A DNA stretch of 64,000 bases from an uncultured virus (IMG/VR IMGVR_UViG_3300036945_000909) (taxonomy: Duplodnaviria; Heunggongvirae; Uroviricota; Caudoviricetes). This document shows, piece by piece, positions 1 to 10,300 of this stretch. Position 1 is the stretch's first letter. Each line of letters opens with the position of its first letter. The position numbers were made by a program, and so were the translations under genes. Location: IMG/VR virus record IMGVR_UViG_3300036945_000909. One strand, 5' to 3'. The notes under the pieces were generated by a model, which worked only from the letters and a program-made list of their open reading frames with translations, was not told where the DNA came from and ran no database searches.

Positions 1-1
1 A

Positions 2-85
2 TTGGGTGTCACAACTGGTCTTGCAGGTTTAGATAGAATTCTTAATAGAGATAATTCAGAATTAGTTAAGAAATTTAAAAGATAA
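2..85 (+). CDS. 3' end of hypothetical phage protein (truncated by window edge)
   Basis: Open frame 2 reads LGVTTGLAGLDRILNRDNSELVKKFKR*; its TAA (83-85) overlaps the next ATG (TAATG coupling). Confidence 0.6.
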   Translation: MGVTTGLAGLDRILNRDNSELVKKFKR

Positions 86-216
86 TGTATATACCGGGTG
101 AAGTCATATTTGTATTAATTATAACTTGTGTATGGAGTGGATATTCTATACCTAATAAAATACAAAGATGGAAATCAGGTAAAGGTTGTGATAAATGCAA
201 ATGTGGAGGTAAATAA
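85..216 (+). CDS. Small Cys-rich membrane peptide, 43 aa (not in ORF track)
   Basis: MYIPGEVIFVLIITCVWSGYSIPNKIQRWKSGKGCDKCKCGGK: hydrophobic N-terminal segment, then a basic CxxCxC tail. It fills the gap exactly and is coupled to the upstream stop. Confidence 0.55.
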   Translation: MYIPGEVIFVLIITCVWSGYSIPNKIQRWKSGKGCDKCKCGGK

Positions 217-218
217 TT

Positions 219-650
219 ATGGCTTATGTATTAGATAAAAAAGTAGTAAAGGATACGAAAGAATTTAACGATTTCGCATACGGAATTACTTTGCCAGTTC
301 AGAAAGGTAATACTGGTTACTTTTCACAAGCGTTTTCTTCGTTTGAACAAGCAAAATCTAATTTAAGAAATTTATTGATGACAAAAAAAGGTGAAAGAAT
401 CATGCAACCAAACTTTGGAACGGGATTACACTCACTTTTATTCGAACCAATGGATTCATCATTTGAAACCAAATTACAAGAAACAATAACTAGCAATGTA
501 AACTATTGGCTACCATATATTAATATAGAAGAAATTGATATTGAAATGACAGATGCGATGAAAGACAGAAACACTGCACATATGACAATACAATTTACGG
601 TCGGTAATCAAATAGAAACACAACAAATAACATTTACGGTACAAGGATAA
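219..650 (+). CDS. Baseplate wedge subunit, T4 gp25 / P2 gpW-like
   Basis: NLLMTKKGERIMQPNFGTGL..LLFEP is the gp25/GPW signature; GGAGGT SD at 205-210. Confidence 0.92.
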   Translation: MAYVLDKKVVKDTKEFNDFAYGITLPVQKGNTGYFSQAFSSFEQAKSNLRNLLMTKKGERIMQPNFGTGLHSLLFEPMDSSFETKLQETITSNVNYWLPYINIEEIDIEMTDAMKDRNTAHMTIQFTVGNQIETQQITFTVQG

Positions 651-654
651 TACA

Positions 655-2667
655 ATGGCACTGAATTCAATTACAAAGAAATCAAATCAAGGAAGAGATA
701 TAAAGTATCTTAATAAAGATTTTTCTAAATTTAGAGAAAACTTAATTGAATATGCCAAAACATATTTTCCAAAAACATATTCAGATTTTAACGAATCATC
801 TCCTGGTATGATGTTTATAGAAATGGCATCATATGTTGGTGACGTTCTTTCATACTATACAGATGATACATTAAAAGAATCCTTAATGTTATATGCAGAA
901 GATAAAGAAAACGTTCTTGCTCTTGCACAATATTTAGGATACAAACCAAAAATAACATCACCTGCAATAACAACATTATCGGTGTATCAATTAGTTCCTG
1001 CAATTGGAAGTGGTGATACAAACAGACCAGATAATGATTATTATTTAAGAATAAAAGAAGGGATGATTGTTTCTGGTAGAGATGATATTAAATTTAGAAC
1101 AACTGAAATGGTTGATTTTAATGATGATACTACTCGTGAAATCACCATATACACAAAGGATGAGAACACCGGTGAACCTTCATTATATTTAGTAAAGAAA
1201 CAAGTAAATGCTATTTCTGCTACTTTAAGAACTCAATCAGTTGATTTTGGTGCATCTCAGCAATTTTCAAAAATTGATATTGCAGATACAGATGTTATTC
1301 AAATTTACGATGTTAAAGATTCAAATGGTAATAAGTGGTATGAAGTTCCATATCTTGCACAAGAAATGGTTTTTGTAGATTATCCAATATCGGAACAAAC
1401 TGATAAGGATTTAGTTGAATTTAAAGATTCAGTATCAAGTGTTTTAAAATTAACAAAAACATCACGTAGATTCGTTACGAAAATAAATTCAGATAATACT
1501 ACAACAATTGTTTTTGGTGGAGGTAATTCCGCATCATCGGATGAAACTCTCATACCAAATTTTAAAAATGTTGGATTGGGTTTAAAATCATCAATTGATA
1601 AATTGGGTGCATCATTTGACCCTGCAAATTTCTTAAAAACAACAACATACGGTCAGGCACCATCGAACACTACTATTACATTTTCATATTTAGTTGGGGG
1701 TGGTATAAATTCAAACGTTCCTGCGGGAGATTTAACTACAATCGATAGAGTAGAATTTGATGATGATATAACCGCGTTTAATACAAATGATTTAAGATTA
1801 TACAAACAAGCAAAATCATCGGTTGCGGTATCAAATGAAATTCCGGCAACAGGTGGTAGAGGTGAAGAGACGATTGAAGAAATTAGAGAAAATGCATTGG
1901 CAAACTTTGGTTCTCAAAATCGTGCAGTGACTCGTAAAGATTATCAAGTAAGAGCTTTATCGCTACCTGCAAAGTATGGTGGTATTGCAAAAGCATATTG
2001 TGCACCCGATGGAGAGTTGGATAATAATTCACCATCATCAATCCTTTCAAATCCAGATACACTTTCCGAATTTACACAATTGGTTCAATCAATGCAAGGT
2101 AAATCTGAAATGGAAATTAAGGATAGTATAAATAAATTCTTAATTGGTAAGAAAAACAATTTGAATGAAAAGAATAATCCGTTTGCAATTAATTTGTATG
2201 TATTGGGTTATGATTCAAATAAAAATGTTATACCACTTAATAAGGCAGTTAAACAAAACTTAAAAACTTATTTAAGTGAATATCGTTTATTAACTGATGG
2301 TGTAAATTTATTAGATGGATTTGTAATCAACATCGGAGTAGATTTCGAAATCAGAGTTTATGGTGGATATAACAAAAGAGAAGTTTTAACGAAATGTATT
2401 ACCGAACTTCAAAATTATTTTAATATAGATAATTGGACGTTTAATATGCCAATCAATATTTCTGAAATTGAATTATTAATTGCAGGTATTGAAGGAGTTC
2501 AATCAGTTCCAAAATGTGATATTGTAAATAAATGTTTGGGTAATTATTCAAAGAACTCATATAATATATCATCAGCAACAAAGGGTAAAATGGTATATCC
2601 ATCGGTAGACCCATCGGTTTTTGAAGTTAAATATCCAAATAAAGATATTAAAGGGAGAGTAGTATAA
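655..2667 (+). CDS. Baseplate wedge subunit, T4 gp6 / baseplate J-like
   Basis: N-terminal KDF..FRENLIEYA..YFP..YSDFNESSPGMMFIE; ATGG.GEETIEEIR...QNRAVTRKDY motif; follows gp25. Confidence 0.9.
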   Translation: MALNSITKKSNQGRDIKYLNKDFSKFRENLIEYAKTYFPKTYSDFNESSPGMMFIEMASYVGDVLSYYTDDTLKESLMLYAEDKENVLALAQYLGYKPKITSPAITTLSVYQLVPAIGSGDTNRPDNDYYLRIKEGMIVSGRDDIKFRTTEMVDFNDDTTREITIYTKDENTGEPSLYLVKKQVNAISATLRTQSVDFGASQQFSKIDIADTDVIQIYDVKDSNGNKWYEVPYLAQEMVFVDYPISEQTDKDLVEFKDSVSSVLKLTKTSRRFVTKINSDNTTTIVFGGGNSASSDETLIPNFKNVGLGLKSSIDKLGASFDPANFLKTTTYGQAPSNTTITFSYLVGGGINSNVPAGDLTTIDRVEFDDDITAFNTNDLRLYKQAKSSVAVSNEIPATGGRGEETIEEIRENALANFGSQNRAVTRKDYQVRALSLPAKYGGIAKAYCAPDGELDNNSPSSILSNPDTLSEFTQLVQSMQGKSEMEIKDSINKFLIGKKNNLNEKNNPFAINLYVLGYDSNKNVIPLNKAVKQNLKTYLSEYRLLTDGVNLLDGFVINIGVDFEIRVYGGYNKREVLTKCITELQNYFNIDNWTFNMPINISEIELLIAGIEGVQSVPKCDIVNKCLGNYSKNSYNISSATKGKMVYPSVDPSVFEVKYPNKDIKGRVV

Positions 2668-3728
2668 TGATATATTTTTTAACAGCATCAAAAGATGCAT
2701 CGATTTATTTACAACAACCTAATCAAAATACTGGGTTGGATGAGATATTAGAAGTTTCTAAAACTTATTATGGAAACTTAAAAGATATATCACATTCTTT
2801 GATTAAATTTGATACAACTCAATTATCATCATCATTATATTCGGGTGAAATTACAATGAGTTCTGCCGAATTAATTTTAAGAGAGTGTGAAGCAAACGAA
2901 ATTCCATTATCATATACATTATATGCATATCCGGTTTCACAGAGTTGGGAAATGGGAATTGGTACTAGATTTGATGAAATAACTACGGATGGTGTAACAT
3001 GGAATTCATTATCCACATCAACTGCATGGTTACGTTCAGATTCATTATCGCCGGAATCTACTGGTTCATATAACGGAAAGGGTGGAACTTGGTATACGAG
3101 TTCTGTTGCAACTCAAGCATACGAATATCAGAGTTGTGATGTTGAAATGGATATTATCGATATGATGAATTTGTGGATAAGTGGTGATATTCCAAATGAT
3201 GGATTGATATTAAAACATGATTCTATATTAGAAAATGATACAAACGATTATGGACAATTAAAATTCTTCTCAAAGGAAACAAACACTATATATCAACCAA
3301 AAGTTAGAATTGGATGGGATGATTCCACCTTTACTACTGGTTCATTACCAGAATTAACCGCTGATGATATATATGTCACATTTAAGAGACTAAAAACTAA
3401 ATATAAGGTTGGTAGTTCACCTGAGATTAAAGTGTTCGGTAGAGAGAAATACCCACTTAAACACTATGGTAATCAATTTGCATATAATGACGTAACTTAT
3501 TTACCTGCAACTACTTACTATCAAATAAAGGATGTTATTACGGAGGAGGTTATTATCCCATTCAGCGATTACACAAAAGTAAGTTGTGATGGTAATGGTA
3601 ATTTCTTCAAATTAAATCTTACCAATTGGGAAACTAATAGAGAATACTACATTGAAATAAAAGTAGAACGAAACGGTGTTATTGAATATTTTTCCGATAA
3701 AGATTTAACATTTACAATAGAAAAATAA
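2667..3728 (+). CDS. Putative baseplate/virion structural protein (DNRLRE/CBM-like N-terminal beta domain)
   Basis: KDASIY...NTG..EILE, SLIKFD, SAELIL and NDGLILK motifs resemble DNRLRE-type domains; translationally coupled within the baseplate operon. Confidence 0.55.
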   Translation: MIYFLTASKDASIYLQQPNQNTGLDEILEVSKTYYGNLKDISHSLIKFDTTQLSSSLYSGEITMSSAELILRECEANEIPLSYTLYAYPVSQSWEMGIGTRFDEITTDGVTWNSLSTSTAWLRSDSLSPESTGSYNGKGGTWYTSSVATQAYEYQSCDVEMDIIDMMNLWISGDIPNDGLILKHDSILENDTNDYGQLKFFSKETNTIYQPKVRIGWDDSTFTTGSLPELTADDIYVTFKRLKTKYKVGSSPEIKVFGREKYPLKHYGNQFAYNDVTYLPATTYYQIKDVITEEVIIPFSDYTKVSCDGNGNFFKLNLTNWETNREYYIEIKVERNGVIEYFSDKDLTFTIEK

Positions 3729-3729
3729 T

Positions 3730-4824
3730 ATGGCATTAGATAACGAGTTTATATTAAGTGAACTAATGAATAGTGGTTCTTCCGCATTAAATCAAACATT
3801 TGATGGCGGTGGAAATTTAGTTGTCAATACTGCACTAAATACGGATGGTGAATCATTTGGATATGTTGAACGTCCTATTTACAATGAACAACAATTAGTA
3901 AAAGCAGTTGATACGATTGTAGATGAGTTAATTGGAAATCAAACACCCGAAGGACCTGCTACGGTTTTAAAAACGGTATTTGATGATTTATTCTTAAAAT
4001 ACCAAAGTGCATTAAATCAAATAAAAGATTTAACAAAACAATTAAATTTAGCATTACAACAAATCGAAAGATTAAAAATCGAAATTGATGATTTGAATGT
4101 TAAATTAGATTTAGAAAAATTATTAAGAGCAAGTGCGGAAACAGAAAGAGATACTGCAAATACCAAATATGCAGCAACAATTTTGGATTATCAATCTGCA
4201 TTATCTAAGGGTGTTAAAGAAGGTATTGAACGAGTTTCAACTGAAGCACAACTACAAGGTTTGTTAGCAGAAAAATCATCGTTCATTGAATTTACAAAAC
4301 AAGCACAAGCACAATTGACTGATGCTAATAATCAAATTATAGATTTGAATAAACAATTAAATGATGCATTTATTCAATTAGCAAAAGCACAAGGTGAAGC
4401 AATTTCACAAGCAAACTTAGCAGCAGCAAGTGCAGCAGCAGCAGGTGCAGCAGCTCCGGCACCTAAGAAGGGAACTATAATTTGCACAGAGATGTATAAT
4501 CAAGGATTGATGCCAGAAAATATATTCTTAGCAGATAGAAGATTTGGCTACCATATGTATAAAAACAATAAAAATATATTACAAGGATATTGGCAGTGGG
4601 CATCACCAGTGGTTGAATGGATGAAAAAAAATCCAACAGGAACAAAAATATTCTATTATACTTTTATCAAACATTGGTCAGAACATATGGCATATGAAAT
4701 GGGTGTATTGAAAACTGACAATTTATATGGAAATCTTATACATAAAGTAGGAGTATCATTCAGTAAAATGATTTATTACATAAATAAATCAACCGTTAAT
4801 AAAGTAGGTGCAGTATGGCAATAA
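3730..4824 (+). CDS. Coiled-coil protein with Ala-rich linker and C-terminal IICTE..QG domain
   Basis: Long heptad region, AAASAAAAGAAAPAP linker, then GTIICTEMYNQGLM...GYWQWASPVVEWM. Confidence 0.6.
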   Translation: MALDNEFILSELMNSGSSALNQTFDGGGNLVVNTALNTDGESFGYVERPIYNEQQLVKAVDTIVDELIGNQTPEGPATVLKTVFDDLFLKYQSALNQIKDLTKQLNLALQQIERLKIEIDDLNVKLDLEKLLRASAETERDTANTKYAATILDYQSALSKGVKEGIERVSTEAQLQGLLAEKSSFIEFTKQAQAQLTDANNQIIDLNKQLNDAFIQLAKAQGEAISQANLAAASAAAAGAAAPAPKKGTIICTEMYNQGLMPENIFLADRRFGYHMYKNNKNILQGYWQWASPVVEWMKKNPTGTKIFYYTFIKHWSEHMAYEMGVLKTDNLYGNLIHKVGVSFSKMIYYINKSTVNKVGAVWQ

Positions 4825-6170
4825 AAGGATTCAAAGAGGTAATTGAAAAAAAGGGATATAAGGTAGACCCAAAGGATAGAGCTATTTTCGAACGTGAAGT
4901 TGGTAAGGCTTATTTTGGTATGGGTTCTGCTGATTTGATTGAATTCATAATCTACGATATTAATGATAATCAATTACCACAAGGTGATAGTGGATTAATG
5001 GTAAAATACATTCCATTGAATAGTGAAAATATTCGTAAATACTTTTTAATTACGAATACTAAATCTAGACAAAGAATGAATGGTGCAGATGAGTATATTA
5101 TTGATATTGAAAAATTAGTAACCGAAGCGGGATACTCAAATGGTATTTTTAAAACTCAAATTAATTTATTAAACAGACGAGTTGGTTCTGAAGTTATTGA
5201 TAAAGATAAACTTTGGATACATGAAATTTCACCATCTCGTACTGAAATTCGTGTCTTACCATTGGAAGATAATAACGAAGAAGTTTTAGAAGATTTACAA
5301 CTTAGATTAGATGTTCTTTTAAAAGAGGGACAATTCAGAGATGATACGATTTATTTTGTAAAACCAATGATTGAAGCAATTAAAATCGAAGATGTATTAA
5401 AAAACTTTTTAATATTGAATGGAACGGTTGCTAGTGGTGATAATTACGTTAAGTTAATTCAGAAAGAATTTAAGATACAAGATTTTGAATTGTTTATGAA
5501 TCAAATTAGAGAAACTCTAATTGAAGCAACTCAATACTATATTGAAAACCGAAATTGGGATATATCATCATTAGATTATGGTAAACCACTTTCCACTACA
5601 ATTCCAATAGAACTTTCAGTTGAAAAAATTAAAGAAACAATTGGTTCAATATTAATAAAAATAATTGATAAATTCTTACCTCAACGAAATATTCAAGAGG
5701 AAAATATTTTAACTAAAGAAGAACAAGAAACATTAGATAAAACTACCCAAATTTTGAAAACAATTCAATCGGGTAATAAATATCAAAGTAATGTGTTAGA
5801 TAATCGTCAATCAGTTGTTAGAGGTTGTATGAATCCAAATGCATTAAATTACAATCCACTTGCAAAAGAGGATGATGGTAGTTGTATTTTTACAGCACCA
5901 ACACCTGCAGAAGATAAACCAATTCAACCAATTAAGGAAAATCCTAAAACTATAATAGTGACTCAGCCGGAAATCACACCTCCACCTACAATTAAATATG
6001 ATATAGGTGGTTACCCATATTATGATGTTCCGTCAACTCCCGTAGTTCCAACACCAATAATTCCTGCAGTTGTACCAGAACCACCTACACCTAAAACGGG
6101 TGGTGCGGGTGACCCTTATATACCATCATATTCAGGTAATATAAATAACAACACAGAATATCTACGTTAA
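4815..6170 (+). CDS. Putative virion structural protein with GCxxPxAxNY..DDGSC motif and Pro-rich tail
   Basis: IHEISPSRTEIR motif; GCMNPNALNYNPLAKEDDGSC; Pro/Thr-rich C-terminus; located in the baseplate operon. Confidence 0.6.
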   Translation: MAIKGFKEVIEKKGYKVDPKDRAIFEREVGKAYFGMGSADLIEFIIYDINDNQLPQGDSGLMVKYIPLNSENIRKYFLITNTKSRQRMNGADEYIIDIEKLVTEAGYSNGIFKTQINLLNRRVGSEVIDKDKLWIHEISPSRTEIRVLPLEDNNEEVLEDLQLRLDVLLKEGQFRDDTIYFVKPMIEAIKIEDVLKNFLILNGTVASGDNYVKLIQKEFKIQDFELFMNQIRETLIEATQYYIENRNWDISSLDYGKPLSTTIPIELSVEKIKETIGSILIKIIDKFLPQRNIQEENILTKEEQETLDKTTQILKTIQSGNKYQSNVLDNRQSVVRGCMNPNALNYNPLAKEDDGSCIFTAPTPAEDKPIQPIKENPKTIIVTQPEITPPPTIKYDIGGYPYYDVPSTPVVPTPIIPAVVPEPPTPKTGGAGDPYIPSYSGNINNNTEYLR

Positions 6171-6182
6171 TAATATTGTTAT

Positions 6183-7019
6183 ATGAAATTAATTTGGAGT
6201 TTGGCAAATAGAATGCCAGAAGTGCCACATAGTCCATATATCTATGATATGTTTTATTTATCAATTCATATGGCTAAAGAATTGGGGTATGAAACTATAT
6301 TATATGGTTCAACTGATGCTGTTGATAGATTGGGTGATTATGTAGATGAAACTTATAATATAGATAATTTAGATTATCGTTTATTTGATGATACTAAAAT
6401 TTATATTTGGAAAACTAGAAGTGATGATTATATTACAATTGATGGTGATGTATTTTTACATTCAAAATTAGAATTTAATAAAAATCAATCAACTTTTGTT
6501 TCATTTGATGAAATAGTAAATTTACCAAATGATGGTTATATAAAAGAATCATATGATATTGTAAATAAGTTAGGAATATCTCAATTAATACCTGAATGGG
6601 ATAATACTCAAACCAAAAGTTTTTCAACTAACTTAATACATTGGAAATCTAATAATGGAGTATTACAATATTTTATCAAATCATATGAAACTTTACGAGA
6701 ATGGTATTTGAAAAATGAAGATTATATAACAAAATTAAATTCAGAATTAGCAGTTGGTAATTCGTTAATTTCACATTTTTTATGTGAACATTTATTACAA
6801 CGAATTGTTTCATATTATTCATTAGGATATGATGAAATACGAGTTAATACTAAAAACTCATATTACCATTGGCAAGGTTCTGATAAATTTACCAATATGA
6901 ATAAAGTGGAGTGTGTCAGATTAGTAGTTGAACGACATAAACAAATTGGAGGAAATATAAAAGATATATACGATTCTTTGGTGGAACTTCGTTTAATACA
7001 ACCAATTTTATATCCTTAA
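6183..7019 (+). CDS. Putative GT-A-fold glycosyltransferase-like protein (DUF6734-like)
   Basis: K-IYIW...YITIDGDVFL DxD motif, later CEH and YYHWQG; DUF assignment is from memory. Confidence 0.55.
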   Translation: MKLIWSLANRMPEVPHSPYIYDMFYLSIHMAKELGYETILYGSTDAVDRLGDYVDETYNIDNLDYRLFDDTKIYIWKTRSDDYITIDGDVFLHSKLEFNKNQSTFVSFDEIVNLPNDGYIKESYDIVNKLGISQLIPEWDNTQTKSFSTNLIHWKSNNGVLQYFIKSYETLREWYLKNEDYITKLNSELAVGNSLISHFLCEHLLQRIVSYYSLGYDEIRVNTKNSYYHWQGSDKFTNMNKVECVRLVVERHKQIGGNIKDIYDSLVELRLIQPILYP

Positions 7020-7048
7020 AATACTTATATAGAAAGAGAAAGTAAATT

Positions 7049-7345
7049 ATGATTCAATCATTAACACAAGATTCTGGTATTGATAATCTATATGATTACT
7101 CCGGCGGTGGCGGAGGAGGTGGAGGAACTGCACCAAGTATAGTAGAAAGTGATAGAGAAATTGCGTTTAGTGTAAATTCATCTCCAACAAATTGCTCAAT
7201 ATACATTAATGGAAGTGATAGTGGATATAAAACTCCCCATACTTTAATTTTTAGAGAGAAAGAATTAAATACGAGTTCTAAATTAATTGAAGTATATAAT
7301 TCATCAACTAAATTAACTGAAAAGTATTTAATCACTGCAAATTAA
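7049..7345 (+). CDS. Small PEGA-like domain protein with poly-Gly linker
   Basis: VNSSPTNCSIYINGSDSGYKTP matches the PEGA pattern (V.S.P.GA.V.IDG...G.TP); TACTTATA promoter variant at 7022-7029. Confidence 0.6.
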   Translation: MIQSLTQDSGIDNLYDYSGGGGGGGGTAPSIVESDREIAFSVNSSPTNCSIYINGSDSGYKTPHTLIFREKELNTSSKLIEVYNSSTKLTEKYLITAN

Positions 7346-7372
7346 AATTATAAATAAAGTGGAAATTAACTA

Positions 7373-10300
7373 ATGGCATACAACGACCCATACAATTTAA
7401 GTGGAAATTCTGGTTACAATAGCGGAGGAAATAGTGGTGCAGGAAGTGCTGCCGGTTCGAACCCTCCAATCGTAACACCATCAGTTAAGCAATATCAAAT
7501 TGTAATCACTAAAATGGTAGATGGACAGCCTAATGAATATACTCAAATAAATCCATTAGATACTCCTTATACTAATTTACAATTTACCCAACCACAAGTA
7601 ATTACTCCAACCGAAATTCCTACGGCAATTGTATCAATCAAAGCAGATATATACAAATACGGATTAATTTCATATCGAACATCGGATGGTCAAACTGGTA
7701 CTATTAATGCCGATACGATTATTAATGTAAATTTAGGTAATCCTAATTATATAGAATTTATAGGTGATAAAGGTGAAACGTATTCATTTAATGCAATTGT
7801 TAAGAATTCATTAACAAACGTAGTTTCTAACAATAGTGATTTTAAAGTAACGCTACCGATTGGTCAAACTACCATCGAAATGGTTGCTAGTAAAAACAAC
7901 GTTGTTCCTGCTCCAAATTCACCAACACTTTCAGTATCGGATACAAATTTTACTTGGAATATAAATGATTCAAACCCATTACAAATTTCATATACATCTG
8001 AAAATTCTGATTTTGTAATAATGTCATTGGGTAATATTCAAAGACAATTACCAACCAATGGTGTCATTGATTTATCTCAATCAGAATTTGTAAATGGAAT
8101 TGGGAATTACACATTATACTTACAACCAGTTTCATCGAGAGGTGGTAGTGGTTCAACTCAATCAATATCAATAAACGTATTAAGTAAATCTTATTTACCT
8201 GGTCCGGATATTACAAACATATATTATCCTGAAACCATTAAGGGTAAAGATTTTGCAGGATTTGATGTTCCATTTGATATTAGTTGGCAATCTATTAATG
8301 CAAATTATGTAGATATTTACGTTTCTAAAAAAGATTCTCAATTTGTATTGGGTAGATTTTCACCTTCTGGTCTTGCTACATTTAACGTTAGCCAAATATT
8401 GAAAAAAGCTAATGCAGAATATAATGAAGATACTGATAAGATACAATTCAAATTTATTTTAATACCATACAATTCTGAAGGTGATGAATTAACAGAAGGT
8501 AAGAATGAAGAAATATCTATATTATTTGATAAAGGTGATTTAAAACTTAGAAGAGGAAATGTAGTTTCGGATATTCGTTCTGCATTCCAAATGACTTTAG
8601 ATGATTCTTTATTTAAAGATGAAATATCTAAATTATTAACACACTATGCACACTTTGGTGATGGTGATAATAAATTAATTGCAACGTGGGGAATTGACAC
8701 CGAAACCTTTTCTGTATATGATGAAGGATTCGATTCAAATGGACAGAAGTATAAAAAGAAAATCAAAGAAGAAAAATCATTGGTTTTAAAATTATACGAA
8801 CCATTACCAACATCAGTTCAACCGAACCAACAACTTTGGATTTCTAAAATTCAATCAATTCCAATTATTGAGCAAATCACAATCTTAGGTGATTTAGTAA
8901 ATGATTGCACACCACTAACTCCTAATTTTAATTTGGATATTGGTGATGATATTGGCTATCAAATATTAGATGATTTAGTTGCAAGTGGTTCAACTACTTC
9001 AACCGATTTAGTAAATCAATTTATATCGTCATCTGAATTTTCATTGGATAATTTAGATATAAAGTTCGTAACCTCATCTAAAGTGTTAGAAACATCAATT
9101 GATGGTGGTTCTATTATAGTATTAGGCGAAGAAGATTATTGGTGGTCTAATTTTGTTAAATATTCATCTGCAGAAGAACGTGTTCATAATTTTGTTTACA
9201 AAGTTGAAACGATTGAAAGATATAATGCTAGATACGAATCTCTTAATGAAAATACGAGTTCAATTGCAGCATCTAACGAAGCAAAACAAATTGTATCAAA
9301 TATTAATGAACTTAAACGTGGATTTGATTCATTTGAAAAATTCTTATATAATGAATCATCGTCATTATCATATCCAGGTGCAGGACAAAATGAATTAAGT
9401 GCATCGACTGATAGTTCTGTTACGAGTTGGTATAATGGAATTGTTTCTTCTGCTCGTGATTATGATTATTACAACGTATCATCGTTTGTAAATAATTTAC
9501 CACAACACATAAGAGAAGATGAGAATGGTCAAGAATTCGTATTATTCTTTAATATGATTGGTCAACACTTTGATATTTTATGGGCACATATTAAAGGAAT
9601 ATCTCAAGCTAAAAAACTTGAACACAAATATGAATCTGGTATTAAGGATGATTTAATTTATCATATGTTGGAATCTCTTGGATGGGATGCCGATATGGGA
9701 GTTAAATCTCAATTCTTATGGGAATATGCATTTGGTAAACATTCAGATGGAACTGAAGTTTCATCAATGAGTGGAAAAGATAGACAAAACGAAATATGGA
9801 GAAGATTATTAAATAACTTACCATATCTTAATAAACATAAAGGAACTAAACGAGCATTACATGCTGCAATGGCTTGTTATGGTATTCCTGCTTCATTATT
9901 AACTATAATGGAGTTCGGTGGACCAACAGATCCAGATTCTACAGGTGTAACACAATTTACATATGATGATAGAACTGCAGCAATCAATTTAACGAATTCA
10001 TCACAAATTAGTATTCCATATAAAGAATACGTTGAAACATCGGATTTTCCAAATTCGATAGAAATTCGCTTGAACACAACTGAAAAGCAAGACCAATTAG
10101 TTGCGGAAGTTTCGAATGCTTGGAGATTGGAAATCGAAAGTGGTTCAAACTATTTAGGAAGAGTTAAATTTACAATTAGTGGTAGTGGAGTTGAACATTC
10201 AGTTTATACAGATTATGTTCCGGTATTCTATGATGAGTATTACAATTTAACATTAAATAAATCAACCAATACTACTAAAGAATTATATACCATTTATATA

